From positions 1 through 64,000 of IMG/VR virus record IMGVR_UViG_3300025536_000010: 64,000 nt of DNA; one strand, written 5' to 3'. Both the position numbers and the translations under genes were made by a program. This document shows, one piece after another, positions 55,006 through 63,000 of this stretch. The first letter of the stretch is position 1, and the number at the start of each line of letters is the position of its first letter. The notes beneath the pieces are model-generated. The model was not told where the DNA came from. It worked only from the letters and a program-made list of their open reading frames with translations, and made no database searches.

Positions 55006-55014
55006 GAGGGGGCC

Positions 55015-55284
55015 ATGCCGCCACTACGAAAACGGAAGTCGAAGATCACAGCCCCGGCAGTGGTCTACTTCACCCAGGCCAAGAACGAGGCGGGCAAGAA
55101 ACAGCTATGCTGCTTCGCTGAGTGCGTCTACGGCGGCACCCGCGTCGGCCCCATCTGGTCCCACACCTCTGCTTCTGTGCGCCGTGCCCTGGCCACGCTC
55201 ACACAGCGCTGCGACTGCGGGCGCAAGTTTCACAAGCACCGTTTCACAGAAGGTCGGCGCGTATTGCGCGACGACGGTTCGTGA
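55015..55284 (+). CDS. Basic Cys/His hypothetical protein
   Basis: RBS GAGGGG; CDCGRKFHKH. Confidence 0.65.
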   Translation: MPPLRKRKSKITAPAVVYFTQAKNEAGKKQLCCFAECVYGGTRVGPIWSHTSASVRRALATLTQRCDCGRKFHKHRFTEGRRVLRDDGS

Positions 55285-55290
55285 TCCGTA

Positions 55291-55320
55291 TAGACCCCCA
55301 GTTCGTAGCCCAGGTACAAT
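55291..55320 (+). promoter_or_regulatory. Sigma70-like promoter directly before structured RNA
   Basis: TAGACC-N18-TACAAT. Confidence 0.45.
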
Positions 55321-55326
55321 GCCGCT

Positions 55327-55549
55327 GTTGACTAACCGGGGCCTGCCGCTGGCGTCGGCCGGTAACGGACAGCAGCTGTTGGTCGCAAGATGTGACTGGC
55401 AGCTGGGAACGGCCCCGTGGCGAAAAGCCGGGGGCCAGGAGGAAATACCAGGCGGCACGCCACCTAGCCGCCCGGTGCCCAAACCCGCAACGGGAGAGGA
55501 TCGGTGCCCCGGCACAATGGGGAAGCTGGGGAGGCCGCGGTTAGTCGAC
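55327..55549 (+). ncRNA. Candidate multibranch structured ncRNA (about 223 nt)
   Basis: 17-nt closing stem 55327-43/55533-49; 14-bp hairpin 55373-86/55392-405 with several G-U pairs; GGCCCC/GGGGCC; GGCGGC/GCCGCC. Confidence 0.65.
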
Positions 55550-55574
55550 CCTTTCAACCACCACGGAGGGTGTC

Positions 55575-55898
55575 ATGCCTGCAATCCTCATCGACCGCTT
55601 CATTCGGCACCTGGGCTACGTCCCGAAATCTGAGATGGACGACGCCCTGGTCGGCCGAGACAAGATCGAGCGAGAACTGCGCCACAGCAAGCGCGACCTC
55701 CAAAACCAACTGTACCTGCGGGACCGACTGGAAAAAGAGGTCGGGTTCTTGCGCGAACTCGAACTGGCCAGGGTGCGCAACAACACGGCGACCCAGCAGG
55801 CCGTGGCGCGCTTGGACGCGGCGACGGACAAACTCGAAGAACTGATGGAGAATACCTGGCCGGCGGCGAACCTCGCCGCGCTTCCCGAACTCGGGTGA
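55575..55898 (+). CDS. Coiled-coil hypothetical protein
   Basis: RBS GGAGGG. Confidence 0.65.
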   Translation: MPAILIDRFIRHLGYVPKSEMDDALVGRDKIERELRHSKRDLQNQLYLRDRLEKEVGFLRELELARVRNNTATQQAVARLDAATDKLEELMENTWPAANLAALPELG

Positions 55899-55944
55899 TC
55901 GCCCGCGTCGAACGAACAACCATCGACGGCTCACGGAGGAGCGC

Positions 55945-56397
55945 ATGACGACCAAGAAAGGGGAGTCCCCTGAAAATCTGCTCATGATTGTCGGGCAACT
56001 GCTGGAGGCCACCAAAGCAGCATCGGACGGCTTGAAAAGTCTTAGCCTTGAAGTGCGCAACAACGCCAGCGCTATCATCAGCGCCGCAAAGACTTTGGAG
56101 TTTGTCGAAAAGACGATCAGCGAACTGAACGCCGTGGTGCGGGCTAACGCGGATTCGTTGGTGTCCCAAACGGCCGAGAACGCTGCGGCTATCGAGGACT
56201 TGCAGACGGGTAAAGCGGAACTCGACAAGGCGGTTGACGAGCTACAACAGATGGTCGACACCTTGGGCGTCGACCGCGTAAAAGCGGACCACTCCCGCGA
56301 CCTCGTCTGGAAGATCATCTACGGCGCCGCCTGGGCCATCACCACCGGCATTGCCGTCTACGCCGCCCTGGGACAGTGGGCGGCCATCAAGCCGTGA
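55945..56397 (+). CDS. Coiled-coil protein with C-terminal TM helix
   Basis: Heptad pattern followed by IIYGAAWAITTGIAVYAALG. Confidence 0.7.
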   Translation: MTTKKGESPENLLMIVGQLLEATKAASDGLKSLSLEVRNNASAIISAAKTLEFVEKTISELNAVVRANADSLVSQTAENAAAIEDLQTGKAELDKAVDELQQMVDTLGVDRVKADHSRDLVWKIIYGAAWAITTGIAVYAALGQWAAIKP

Positions 56398-56404
56398 GGT
56401 AATC

Positions 56405-56959
56405 ATGTCGATCCTGGCCACACACGATGGCCCTCCCCCGTGGGCGAGGGCCATGTTCACCTTGGGGCAAGAGAAAGCCGCGGCAGTCGCGGACCCGCCC
56501 CAGGTGTCTTACGACCTTGCCGGCCAGTTGTTCCTGGCGGCCAACGGTTGGCTGCTCCTGTCCGTGCCGAACGCTTTCGTTCACGGCCTCTATGCTACCA
56601 TCGACGAGCGCGGCGTAGAGTTACCGCCAGGCAAAGACGGCGGGCCGATGAACGCGCACATCAGTGTGATGAAACCGAAAGAGATTGAGCTACTCGGCGG
56701 GGCCGACAAGATCAGCGAGCGCGGCAAGCAGTTCCACTATACGATCAGCCGCCTGTACACAGTCGAGCCGTCAGGCTGGCCGGAGATGAGCAAAGTCTGG
56801 TTTGTGCGCGTTCACTCGCCAGAGTTGCAGGAGTTGCGGAGGAGTTACGGGTTGTCGTCCCTACCCAACGACGGGAAGCATGACTTCCATATTAGCGTCG
56901 CCGTCAGAAGGAGGGGCGTCTTGGGTAGGAACGACAACCGTAAAGGCGAGGCAGCTTAG
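56405..56959 (+). CDS. 2H phosphoesterase-family protein
   Basis: Two HxS motifs (AHISV, FHISV) about 76 aa apart. Confidence 0.7.
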   Translation: MSILATHDGPPPWARAMFTLGQEKAAAVADPPQVSYDLAGQLFLAANGWLLLSVPNAFVHGLYATIDERGVELPPGKDGGPMNAHISVMKPKEIELLGGADKISERGKQFHYTISRLYTVEPSGWPEMSKVWFVRVHSPELQELRRSYGLSSLPNDGKHDFHISVAVRRRGVLGRNDNRKGEAA

Positions 56960-57159
56960 GTTAGTTGTGCAGCAGGGGTGGTTGGCGCGGTTGGTTGGTT
57001 CGCCTGGAGCTTCGCCAGGACTTCCTCCCGGTGAACGGGCACCTTCCGGGGGGCTTCGATGCCGAGGCGGACTTTGCCGCCGTCGATGTCGACAACCGTG
57101 AGGGTGATGTCGTCTCCGATGACGATCTTTTCACCTAACTTGCGAGAGAGTACCAACAT
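56956..57159 (-). CDS. csrA: Carbon storage regulator CsrA/RsmA
   Basis: MLVLSRKLGEKIVIGDDITLTVVDIDGGKVRLGIEAPRKVPVHREE; RBS AAAGGAG on minus strand. Confidence 0.96.
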   Translation of the reverse strand: MLVLSRKLGEKIVIGDDITLTVVDIDGGKVRLGIEAPRKVPVHREEVLAKLQANQPTAPTTPAAQLT

Positions 57160-57210
57160 GTTAGACTCCTTTCACGTCGAAGTGAGCCCTCCAATGACCA
57201 GCAACGCATA

Positions 57211-57226
57211 AGGGTAAGGATACCCT
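57211..57226 (+). promoter_or_regulatory. AGGA-loop hairpin (CsrA-site-like) in leader of the 57260 gene
   Basis: AGGGTA-AGGA-TACCCT, then SD AAGGAG at 57244. Confidence 0.6.
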
Positions 57227-57259
57227 CTTTTGGGGGACAAAGCAAGGAGATTTAGAAAC

Positions 57260-58453
57260 ATGCTAGACTTCGCTGTCCCCACCCTGACCCGCTACGACAC
57301 CATCGTCGCAGCGCTAGCCGGGCTTGAGAAGCTGGCGCTCACCGCCTCACAGCTTACCCGCGAAGCCGCCAAAGTCGACCCCAATCCGACTGACGCCCAG
57401 AAGGAGAGCGGCAACTACCGCAAAGGCCACGTCGCCTGGAAGGGTCTGAACATCACTATCGAGACGGCGGCTGGTCAGGTCCGCCGCGGGGTGGGCAAGG
57501 ATGGCAAGCCGTGGCAGACCAAGATGAGGGACCACTATGGCTATGTTAAAGGTACTGTCTCCGACGCAGACGGAGATCATGTCGACGTGTTCATTAGTTG
57601 CGACCAGCAGCCCGATACCAGGGGGCCGCAGCGAGCCCAACCGGGGTGGGGATGGCTTCGCTCGGAACTCGTCCACGTTATCAACCAGGTCGACCCCGAT
57701 ACCGGCAAGTTCGACGAGCACAAGGTTGTGCTGGGCTGCCTGGATGAAGAGTCTGCGCGCCAATCTTACCTGCGCAACTATGAACCGGGGTGGCAAGGAC
57801 TTGGGTCGGTCACTGCCCTCACCCTGCCGCAGTTCAAATGGTGGCTCGACCGCGCCGACACGTCTAAGGAAATCAAAGAAGGGTTTTTTGCAGCACCGGC
57901 GAATCGTAAGAAATCAGCGACCGACCTGATCCAAAAAACGGCTTTTGACGCCACTGCCACACACATCCTGGTCGTCAAGCGCGCCGAGGACCGCGAAACG
58001 CCTTTCACCGTCGCTGTTGATCTGGACGGCACCCTGGCCGAAAAAGAGGAACCGTTCGACCCAACCTCTATCGGTACGCCGCGCCAGAAAGCCATTGACT
58101 ACGTTCGTCTCTTCCGCGAAGCGGGGGCACGGATTATCATCTTCACGGTTCGCGGCGACAAAGAGTTGGTGGAGGCGTGGCTGGAGGAACACGACGTTCC
58201 CTACGATTACGTCAACGAGAACCCGGACCAGCCCGAAGACGCTTCGGGTAAGGTCATCGCCGACGCTTACTGGGACGACAAGGCGTTCAACGCCGAAGAC
58301 CCGGATGAGTTCGGACCCACGATCCTGCGGAAGGTCATGGGAGGCAAGGACGAGGCGCACGCTGCGCCTGCGCTCCACATCACAGTGGTCAAGAACACGA
58401 CGTTCGTGTTCTCGGCCCCGGAGTTACTGGATGCCATGAAGGAGGCCGCATGA
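57260..58453 (+). CDS. Phage inorganic-pyrophosphatase-like (InPase) domain fused to HAD phosphatase
   Basis: PTDAQKESGNYRKGH..HYGY..DGDHVDVF..FDEHKVVLG; then VDLDGTLA, IFTVR, KVIADAYWDDKA. Confidence 0.8.
   Translation: MLDFAVPTLTRYDTIVAALAGLEKLALTASQLTREAAKVDPNPTDAQKESGNYRKGHVAWKGLNITIETAAGQVRRGVGKDGKPWQTKMRDHYGYVKGTVSDADGDHVDVFISCDQQPDTRGPQRAQPGWGWLRSELVHVINQVDPDTGKFDEHKVVLGCLDEESARQSYLRNYEPGWQGLGSVTALTLPQFKWWLDRADTSKEIKEGFFAAPANRKKSATDLIQKTAFDATATHILVVKRAEDRETPFTVAVDLDGTLAEKEEPFDPTSIGTPRQKAIDYVRLFREAGARIIIFTVRGDKELVEAWLEEHDVPYDYVNENPDQPEDASGKVIADAYWDDKAFNAEDPDEFGPTILRKVMGGKDEAHAAPALHITVVKNTTFVFSAPELLDAMKEAA
57931..57949 (-). repeat. Dispersed motif copy inside CDS (reverse orientation)
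   Basis: Reverse complement GTCAAAAGCCGTTTTTTGG. Confidence 0.6.
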
Positions 58454-58878
58454 GCGACAAAAACGAACTGGTGCCGGCCGTGGTCGAGGAGGGCGGTGGT
58501 CGGCTGGTCAAGTTCCTCGACAAGCTCAACGAGAAAGATCTTACGGCGCTGCGGGAGACGATCCAGGCGACGGAGAACAAACTCAAGGGCATGCGGATGT
58601 TGGAGAAGGTCGTGGCGGCCACGCTCGGCAAGGGCGAGATCAAGGAGAAAAAGTACAAGCCCAAAGCCAAGGAGCCGGTCGACCTCGAAATCACGCTCAA
58701 GGAGAAACGGAAAATCGTCGTGCAGTTTCTAGCGTCGGGCGCCAAGAACGGCCGCGACATCATTACCGAGTGCCGCGTCCAACCAGCCCAGCTGGCGACG
58801 ATTATGAACTGCGACTATTTCCGGCATGACGGCAACATGTACCACATTACAACGGCGGCTCGGAGAGAGTTTCTCTAA
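58450..58878 (+). CDS. Hypothetical protein, possible C-terminal winged helix
   Basis: ATGA overlap, RBS GGAGG. Confidence 0.65.
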   Translation: MSDKNELVPAVVEEGGGRLVKFLDKLNEKDLTALRETIQATENKLKGMRMLEKVVAATLGKGEIKEKKYKPKAKEPVDLEITLKEKRKIVVQFLASGAKNGRDIITECRVQPAQLATIMNCDYFRHDGNMYHITTAARREFL

Positions 58879-58898
58879 CGGGCAAGGACGTGGCAAGG

Positions 58899-59363
58899 AT
58901 GGCACTGGAAGTTCATACGATCCAGGAGCCTCTGTGGATCAGAGCCCTGGTTGAGGAGGTCGTCAAGGAGGCGATGTGGCCGTTGGGCTTCATTGGGCCG
59001 CTCGGTTTTCGTTACTGGGAGCCCGAGGCCCCAACCAATACGTTCGCGGGTTGGCAGGTGGTGGTCTACCCCACCCTGAACGAGGCGGCTGGTCCTCACA
59101 AGCACGACGGCAACAAGTTCGTGAGTGGGTTTCGCCTGAACGTGGGCCACATCGTCACGGCGATGGGTGGCTCGGTGGAGAGTATAGTTTGGAACTCTCC
59201 AGTAGGTTATAATGGAGACTTGGATGGCCCGGAGATCAGCGTGCAGGGACACTTTTGCGGAAAGCACGTCTGGCTTCGTGTCTTCCACTTACCGCCGCCA
59301 GATGAGCCGGTGGCGTGCTACGTTGACCTGCAAACAGGTCGCGCGTGGGCGCACTCGGCTTAA
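58899..59363 (+). CDS. Hypothetical protein
   Basis: GPLGFRY, WQVVVYPT, DG..GF.L pattern. Confidence 0.65.
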   Translation: MALEVHTIQEPLWIRALVEEVVKEAMWPLGFIGPLGFRYWEPEAPTNTFAGWQVVVYPTLNEAAGPHKHDGNKFVSGFRLNVGHIVTAMGGSVESIVWNSPVGYNGDLDGPEISVQGHFCGKHVWLRVFHLPPPDEPVACYVDLQTGRAWAHSA

Positions 59364-59444
59364 TGATGCTGGTGGTCCTGTAACCGCGGGGCATGGTCGC
59401 ATCCGCGGCGTTAGACGGTGTTCTACATCCCAATGGAGGTTGCC

Positions 59445-61811
59445 ATGCAAGATGGCGCTTCGACGGTAACTGCTGCGCGCGCAGCGAATCAGACGTTCTC
59501 TCGTAACGGCTCCAAGCCGTACACACCCGAGGAGTTGTCGGGCGAGTGGACGTGCAAGAAGAGGGACGGCAAGGTCGTCCCGTTCGACCCCAGGAAGATC
59601 CGCCAAGCACTGCGGAAGTGCTTTGCGTCCCTGGGTGAGGCGGTCGAACAGCACACTGACAAGCACGACGAAGTCATCGAGAAGATTACGACGTCGGTCT
59701 GTAACATCCTCGCGGCCCAGAAGAAAAACTGCCCCGATGTCGAGGCAGTGCAGCAGCTGGTGATTCAGCAGCTGTGGGTCGAGGGCATGTTCCAGTACGC
59801 CGAGCATTATCAGAACTACCGCGAGGAGCGGCGCAAGGCTCGGCTGCACAAGCCCATCCCGGAAGAAGTCGTCCAGCGCGTGCTGGCCGACCAGAAGCAT
59901 TTCCCCACCGACCTCCAGTATTACCAGTTCATGGGGAAGTTCTCGCGTTGGCGCGAGGCCGAAAAGCGCCGCGAGACGTGGCACGAGACGGTTCACGAGC
60001 GCGTCATGCCCTGGTTCCAGCGGCTGCCGCTGGTGCAGGGTAAGCTGACCGCAGCCGAGTGGGCCGAACTCACAGACGCCATGTATAAGCTGGAGGCGTC
60101 GCCCGCGATGCGGGTGGTGCAGATGGCCGGGCCGGCGCTGGACCGCTGTCATGTCGGGGTCTACAACTGCGCCTACCAGCCGATTGAAGACCTTTTCTCT
60201 TTCCCGGAACTGCTCTACATCCTCATGCAGGGCACCGGGGCTGGCTTCTCGGTCGAGTCCGACTATGTCGGCGAACTACCGCGCATCAAAAAGCAGCGCG
60301 GCAAACCGGCGGAAACCATCGTCGTACCCGACAGCACCGAGGGCTGGTGCAACTCCTACTTCAAAGGCATCGAACGCTGGTGGGACGGCTACGACGTCCA
60401 CTACGATGTCAGCGGTGTGCGCAGGCAGGGTAGCCGGCTCAAAACCAAAGGCGGGCGTGCCAGCGGACCAGGGCCGTTTCTGGAACTGATGGCGTTCACA
60501 CGCAACATCGTCATGGCACGCCAGGGACGCTACCTGGAAGACACGGACGCGCACCGTCTGGCCTGTTTCACCGGCCGCATTGTTCAGGTTGGCGGCGTGC
60601 GGCGGGCCGCTACCATCTCCATCTCCGACCTGCTGTCGCTGGGCATGCGCCACATCAAAGGCGGCAACTGGTACAACGACACGACCTACTGGACGGACGG
60701 CAAGTACCTCACGATGGCCAACAACTCGGCCTGCTACGAGGCACGCCCGCCCATCGACGTGTTCATGCGCGAGTTCCTGGCCCTGGTCGAATCCAAATCG
60801 GGCGAGCGCGGCATCTTCAACCGACAGGCCATCATCGAGACGCGACCGGCGCGGCGGAAGAAAGCCAAGTTCGGCATGAACCCGTGCGCCGAGATCGTGT
60901 TGCGGCCGTACGAGTTCTGCAACTTGACCATCGTCATCGCCCGCGCGGACGACACGGTCGAGAGCTTGAAGCGGAAGGTGCGCATCGCCACGATCTTCGG
61001 CCTCATGCAGTCGACCTGCACCGACTTCAAATACATCCGCCCGAAATGGAAGGAGAACTGCGAGGACGAGCGGCTGCTCGGCGTCGACATTACCGGCCAC
61101 GCCGACTGCCCGCTGCTGCGCTACGGCGCGGCAGGGCGAGCCGACCTGTTGCGCTTGCTCAAGAAAGTCGTCCACGACACGAAAGCCGAGTACGCCCCAC
61201 GGTTCGGGATCAACCTGTCGGCGGCTGACACCTGCGTCAAGCCTGGCGGCGACTCGGGCGTGTTTTTCGACTGCGCCTCGGGTATCAGCGCACGGTTCTC
61301 GGACTTCCAGCTGCGCTGGGTGCGCGAGTCTAAGGACAGCCCGATCGCGCATTTCCTAATGGACTCGGGCGTGCCTTGGGCACCGGCGCCGGAAGCCCCG
61401 AACGAACTGCTCGTTTTCGGTTTCCCCAAGAAGTCGCCGTTCGGGTCGACAACGCGGAACCAGCTGAACGCCATCGAGCAGCTGGAGAACTGGTTTGAGT
61501 GGAAGCGCGAGTGGGCTGAGCACTCGGTCAGCTGCACCATTTACGTCGAGGACCATGAGTGGCTCCAGGTCGGGGCCTGGTTGTACGACATCGAGCACTG
61601 GAAGTACCTCAGCGGCCTCAGTTTCCTGCCCAAGGACAATGGCGTGTACACTTACGCGCCCAACGAGGAGTTGACCAGCGAGCGGTACGAGGAGGCCAAG
61701 GCGGCCTTTCCCGAATTGAACTGGTCAAAACTCCAGCACTACGAAGAGGAGGACAACACAGGGGCGGCGCAGACATTTGCCTGCACCGGCGATCTGTGTG
61801 AGCGTGTCTGA
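59445..61811 (+). CDS. nrdJ: Class II ribonucleotide reductase with N-terminal ATP-cone
   Basis: KKRDGKVVPFD..KI (ATP-cone), YNCAY, VGGVRRAA, NPCAE catalytic motif, FCNL, TCVKP, C-terminal CTGDLC. Confidence 0.92.
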   Translation: MQDGASTVTAARAANQTFSRNGSKPYTPEELSGEWTCKKRDGKVVPFDPRKIRQALRKCFASLGEAVEQHTDKHDEVIEKITTSVCNILAAQKKNCPDVEAVQQLVIQQLWVEGMFQYAEHYQNYREERRKARLHKPIPEEVVQRVLADQKHFPTDLQYYQFMGKFSRWREAEKRRETWHETVHERVMPWFQRLPLVQGKLTAAEWAELTDAMYKLEASPAMRVVQMAGPALDRCHVGVYNCAYQPIEDLFSFPELLYILMQGTGAGFSVESDYVGELPRIKKQRGKPAETIVVPDSTEGWCNSYFKGIERWWDGYDVHYDVSGVRRQGSRLKTKGGRASGPGPFLELMAFTRNIVMARQGRYLEDTDAHRLACFTGRIVQVGGVRRAATISISDLLSLGMRHIKGGNWYNDTTYWTDGKYLTMANNSACYEARPPIDVFMREFLALVESKSGERGIFNRQAIIETRPARRKKAKFGMNPCAEIVLRPYEFCNLTIVIARADDTVESLKRKVRIATIFGLMQSTCTDFKYIRPKWKENCEDERLLGVDITGHADCPLLRYGAAGRADLLRLLKKVVHDTKAEYAPRFGINLSAADTCVKPGGDSGVFFDCASGISARFSDFQLRWVRESKDSPIAHFLMDSGVPWAPAPEAPNELLVFGFPKKSPFGSTTRNQLNAIEQLENWFEWKREWAEHSVSCTIYVEDHEWLQVGAWLYDIEHWKYLSGLSFLPKDNGVYTYAPNEELTSERYEEAKAAFPELNWSKLQHYEEEDNTGAAQTFACTGDLCERV

Positions 61812-61856
61812 CGGCATCAAGGAGGGGCCGGGCGAACAGCCTGGCCCCGCCTCGTT

Positions 61857-62342
61857 ATGAGCGATTTCCTTGAGGACGACATGAACGAGATCACGGACGA
61901 GTTGCGTGCGGCGTACGGACGCCGACCGCGGGTGCAACGGTGGCAACTCCAGGGTGCCTCGGAGGAACTGCTGGAGTTTCTGGCCCACGTTTTCGACGAG
62001 GCGACGTTGCGCCTGATGGTGTTTTGTGAATCTCCCGCCACGGGGACGCAATATCTGATCCCCGCCGACCGTTGGGGCGGCAAGACGCCGAAGTTCAACC
62101 TCAACGTCGACAGTACCTGGTGGGACTGCAAACCGCAGCCAGGCACAACCTGGCAGCACTACAAAGGCGGGCGTTACCGCGTCGTGCAGAACGCCCACCA
62201 CGTCCTGACAGGCCGGCACTTCGTCATCTACCGTTCCGAGACGGATGGGACGCGCTGGGCCAGGGACGCGGAGTCGTGGTTCAGCCTGGTCAATAACGGC
62301 CAGGACAGGAAAACCTACCGCTTCAACCCGGCCAACAAGTAG
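61857..62342 (+). CDS. DUF1653-domain protein
   Basis: WQHYKGGRYRV...VIYRS...WARD..W. Confidence 0.75.
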   Translation: MSDFLEDDMNEITDELRAAYGRRPRVQRWQLQGASEELLEFLAHVFDEATLRLMVFCESPATGTQYLIPADRWGGKTPKFNLNVDSTWWDCKPQPGTTWQHYKGGRYRVVQNAHHVLTGRHFVIYRSETDGTRWARDAESWFSLVNNGQDRKTYRFNPANK

Positions 62343-62368
62343 CTCGGGGAGCGGCGGCAAGGTATACT
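62340..62368 (+). promoter_or_regulatory. Sigma70-like promoter
   Basis: TAGCTC-N17-TATACT. Confidence 0.45.
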
Positions 62369-62383
62369 CTGTACGGAGGCACT

Positions 62384-62983
62384 ATGGTTGCCGCGAAAAG
62401 GCGAACGGCAAAGAGCGACGATCTGCGTAAGAAGAAATACGGCAAGCTGAGAGTTCTCTCGCTGCTCCGCACCGAGTCGAACGTAGGTCGAATCTGGCAG
62501 TGTCGCTGCAAGTGTGGCAAATTGACAGAGGCGTCCACCGGCAAGCTCGTTTGCGGGCACAAAACCAGTTGCGGCTGTGGACGCAAAGCGAGGGCGGCGG
62601 CGCTCGTTCGGAAGGGTACGCGGCACCCGAAGTGGAAAGGTTACGAGGGGATTACCGGATCGCTGTGGCACCGAATCCGAGCCAGTGCCGCAGCGAGAGG
62701 TATCTCGTTCGAGATCACGATTGAGGAAGCCTGGGAACTGTACCAGGCGCAGGAAGGCCGCTGTAAGTTGTCCGGCGTGCCGCTTTATATGGTCAAGAAC
62801 TCGTTCGCGCTGGCCAACGGCGCAAACACGGCATCGCTCGACCGTATCGACAACGAGAAAGGTTACGTTGTCGGGAACGTGCAGTGGGTGCATACGGTCA
62901 TCAATTACATGAAAGGCACGTTACCGCAGCTTGAGTTTCTTAGTTGGTGCCGTATGGTCGCGGAACGCGACCTACCACAGTAG
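62384..62983 (+). CDS. Free-standing HNH-type homing endonuclease-like protein
   Basis: YGKLRVL..WQCRCKCG..GHKTSCGC; ASLDRIDNEKGYVVGNVQWVH..IN.MK. Confidence 0.8.
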   Translation: MVAAKRRTAKSDDLRKKKYGKLRVLSLLRTESNVGRIWQCRCKCGKLTEASTGKLVCGHKTSCGCGRKARAAALVRKGTRHPKWKGYEGITGSLWHRIRASAAARGISFEITIEEAWELYQAQEGRCKLSGVPLYMVKNSFALANGANTASLDRIDNEKGYVVGNVQWVHTVINYMKGTLPQLEFLSWCRMVAERDLPQ

Positions 62984-63000
62984 CTCGTTAGGAGGCAAGG

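Noticed and set aside
55411-55436. Hairpin resembling IS200/IS605 end or HEARO/omega RNA start
   Set aside because: No TnpA, TnpB or IscB gene adjacent; similarity is limited to one GC-rich hairpin.
55945-56397. Holin or spanin call
   Set aside because: Only a coiled coil plus one TM helix; no endolysin or lipoprotein partner adjacent.
3251-61352. Many long minus-strand ORFs (e.g. 3251-4444, 8918-10183, 12795-14354, 47190-48917, 60276-61352)
   Set aside because: They are antisense shadows of well-supported + strand genes, expected with high GC3. They have no RBS and no recognisable motifs.
59445-61811. Intein or intron in nrdJ
   Set aside because: ORF is continuous with ordinary length, and no intein splice motifs or LAGLIDADG blocks are seen.
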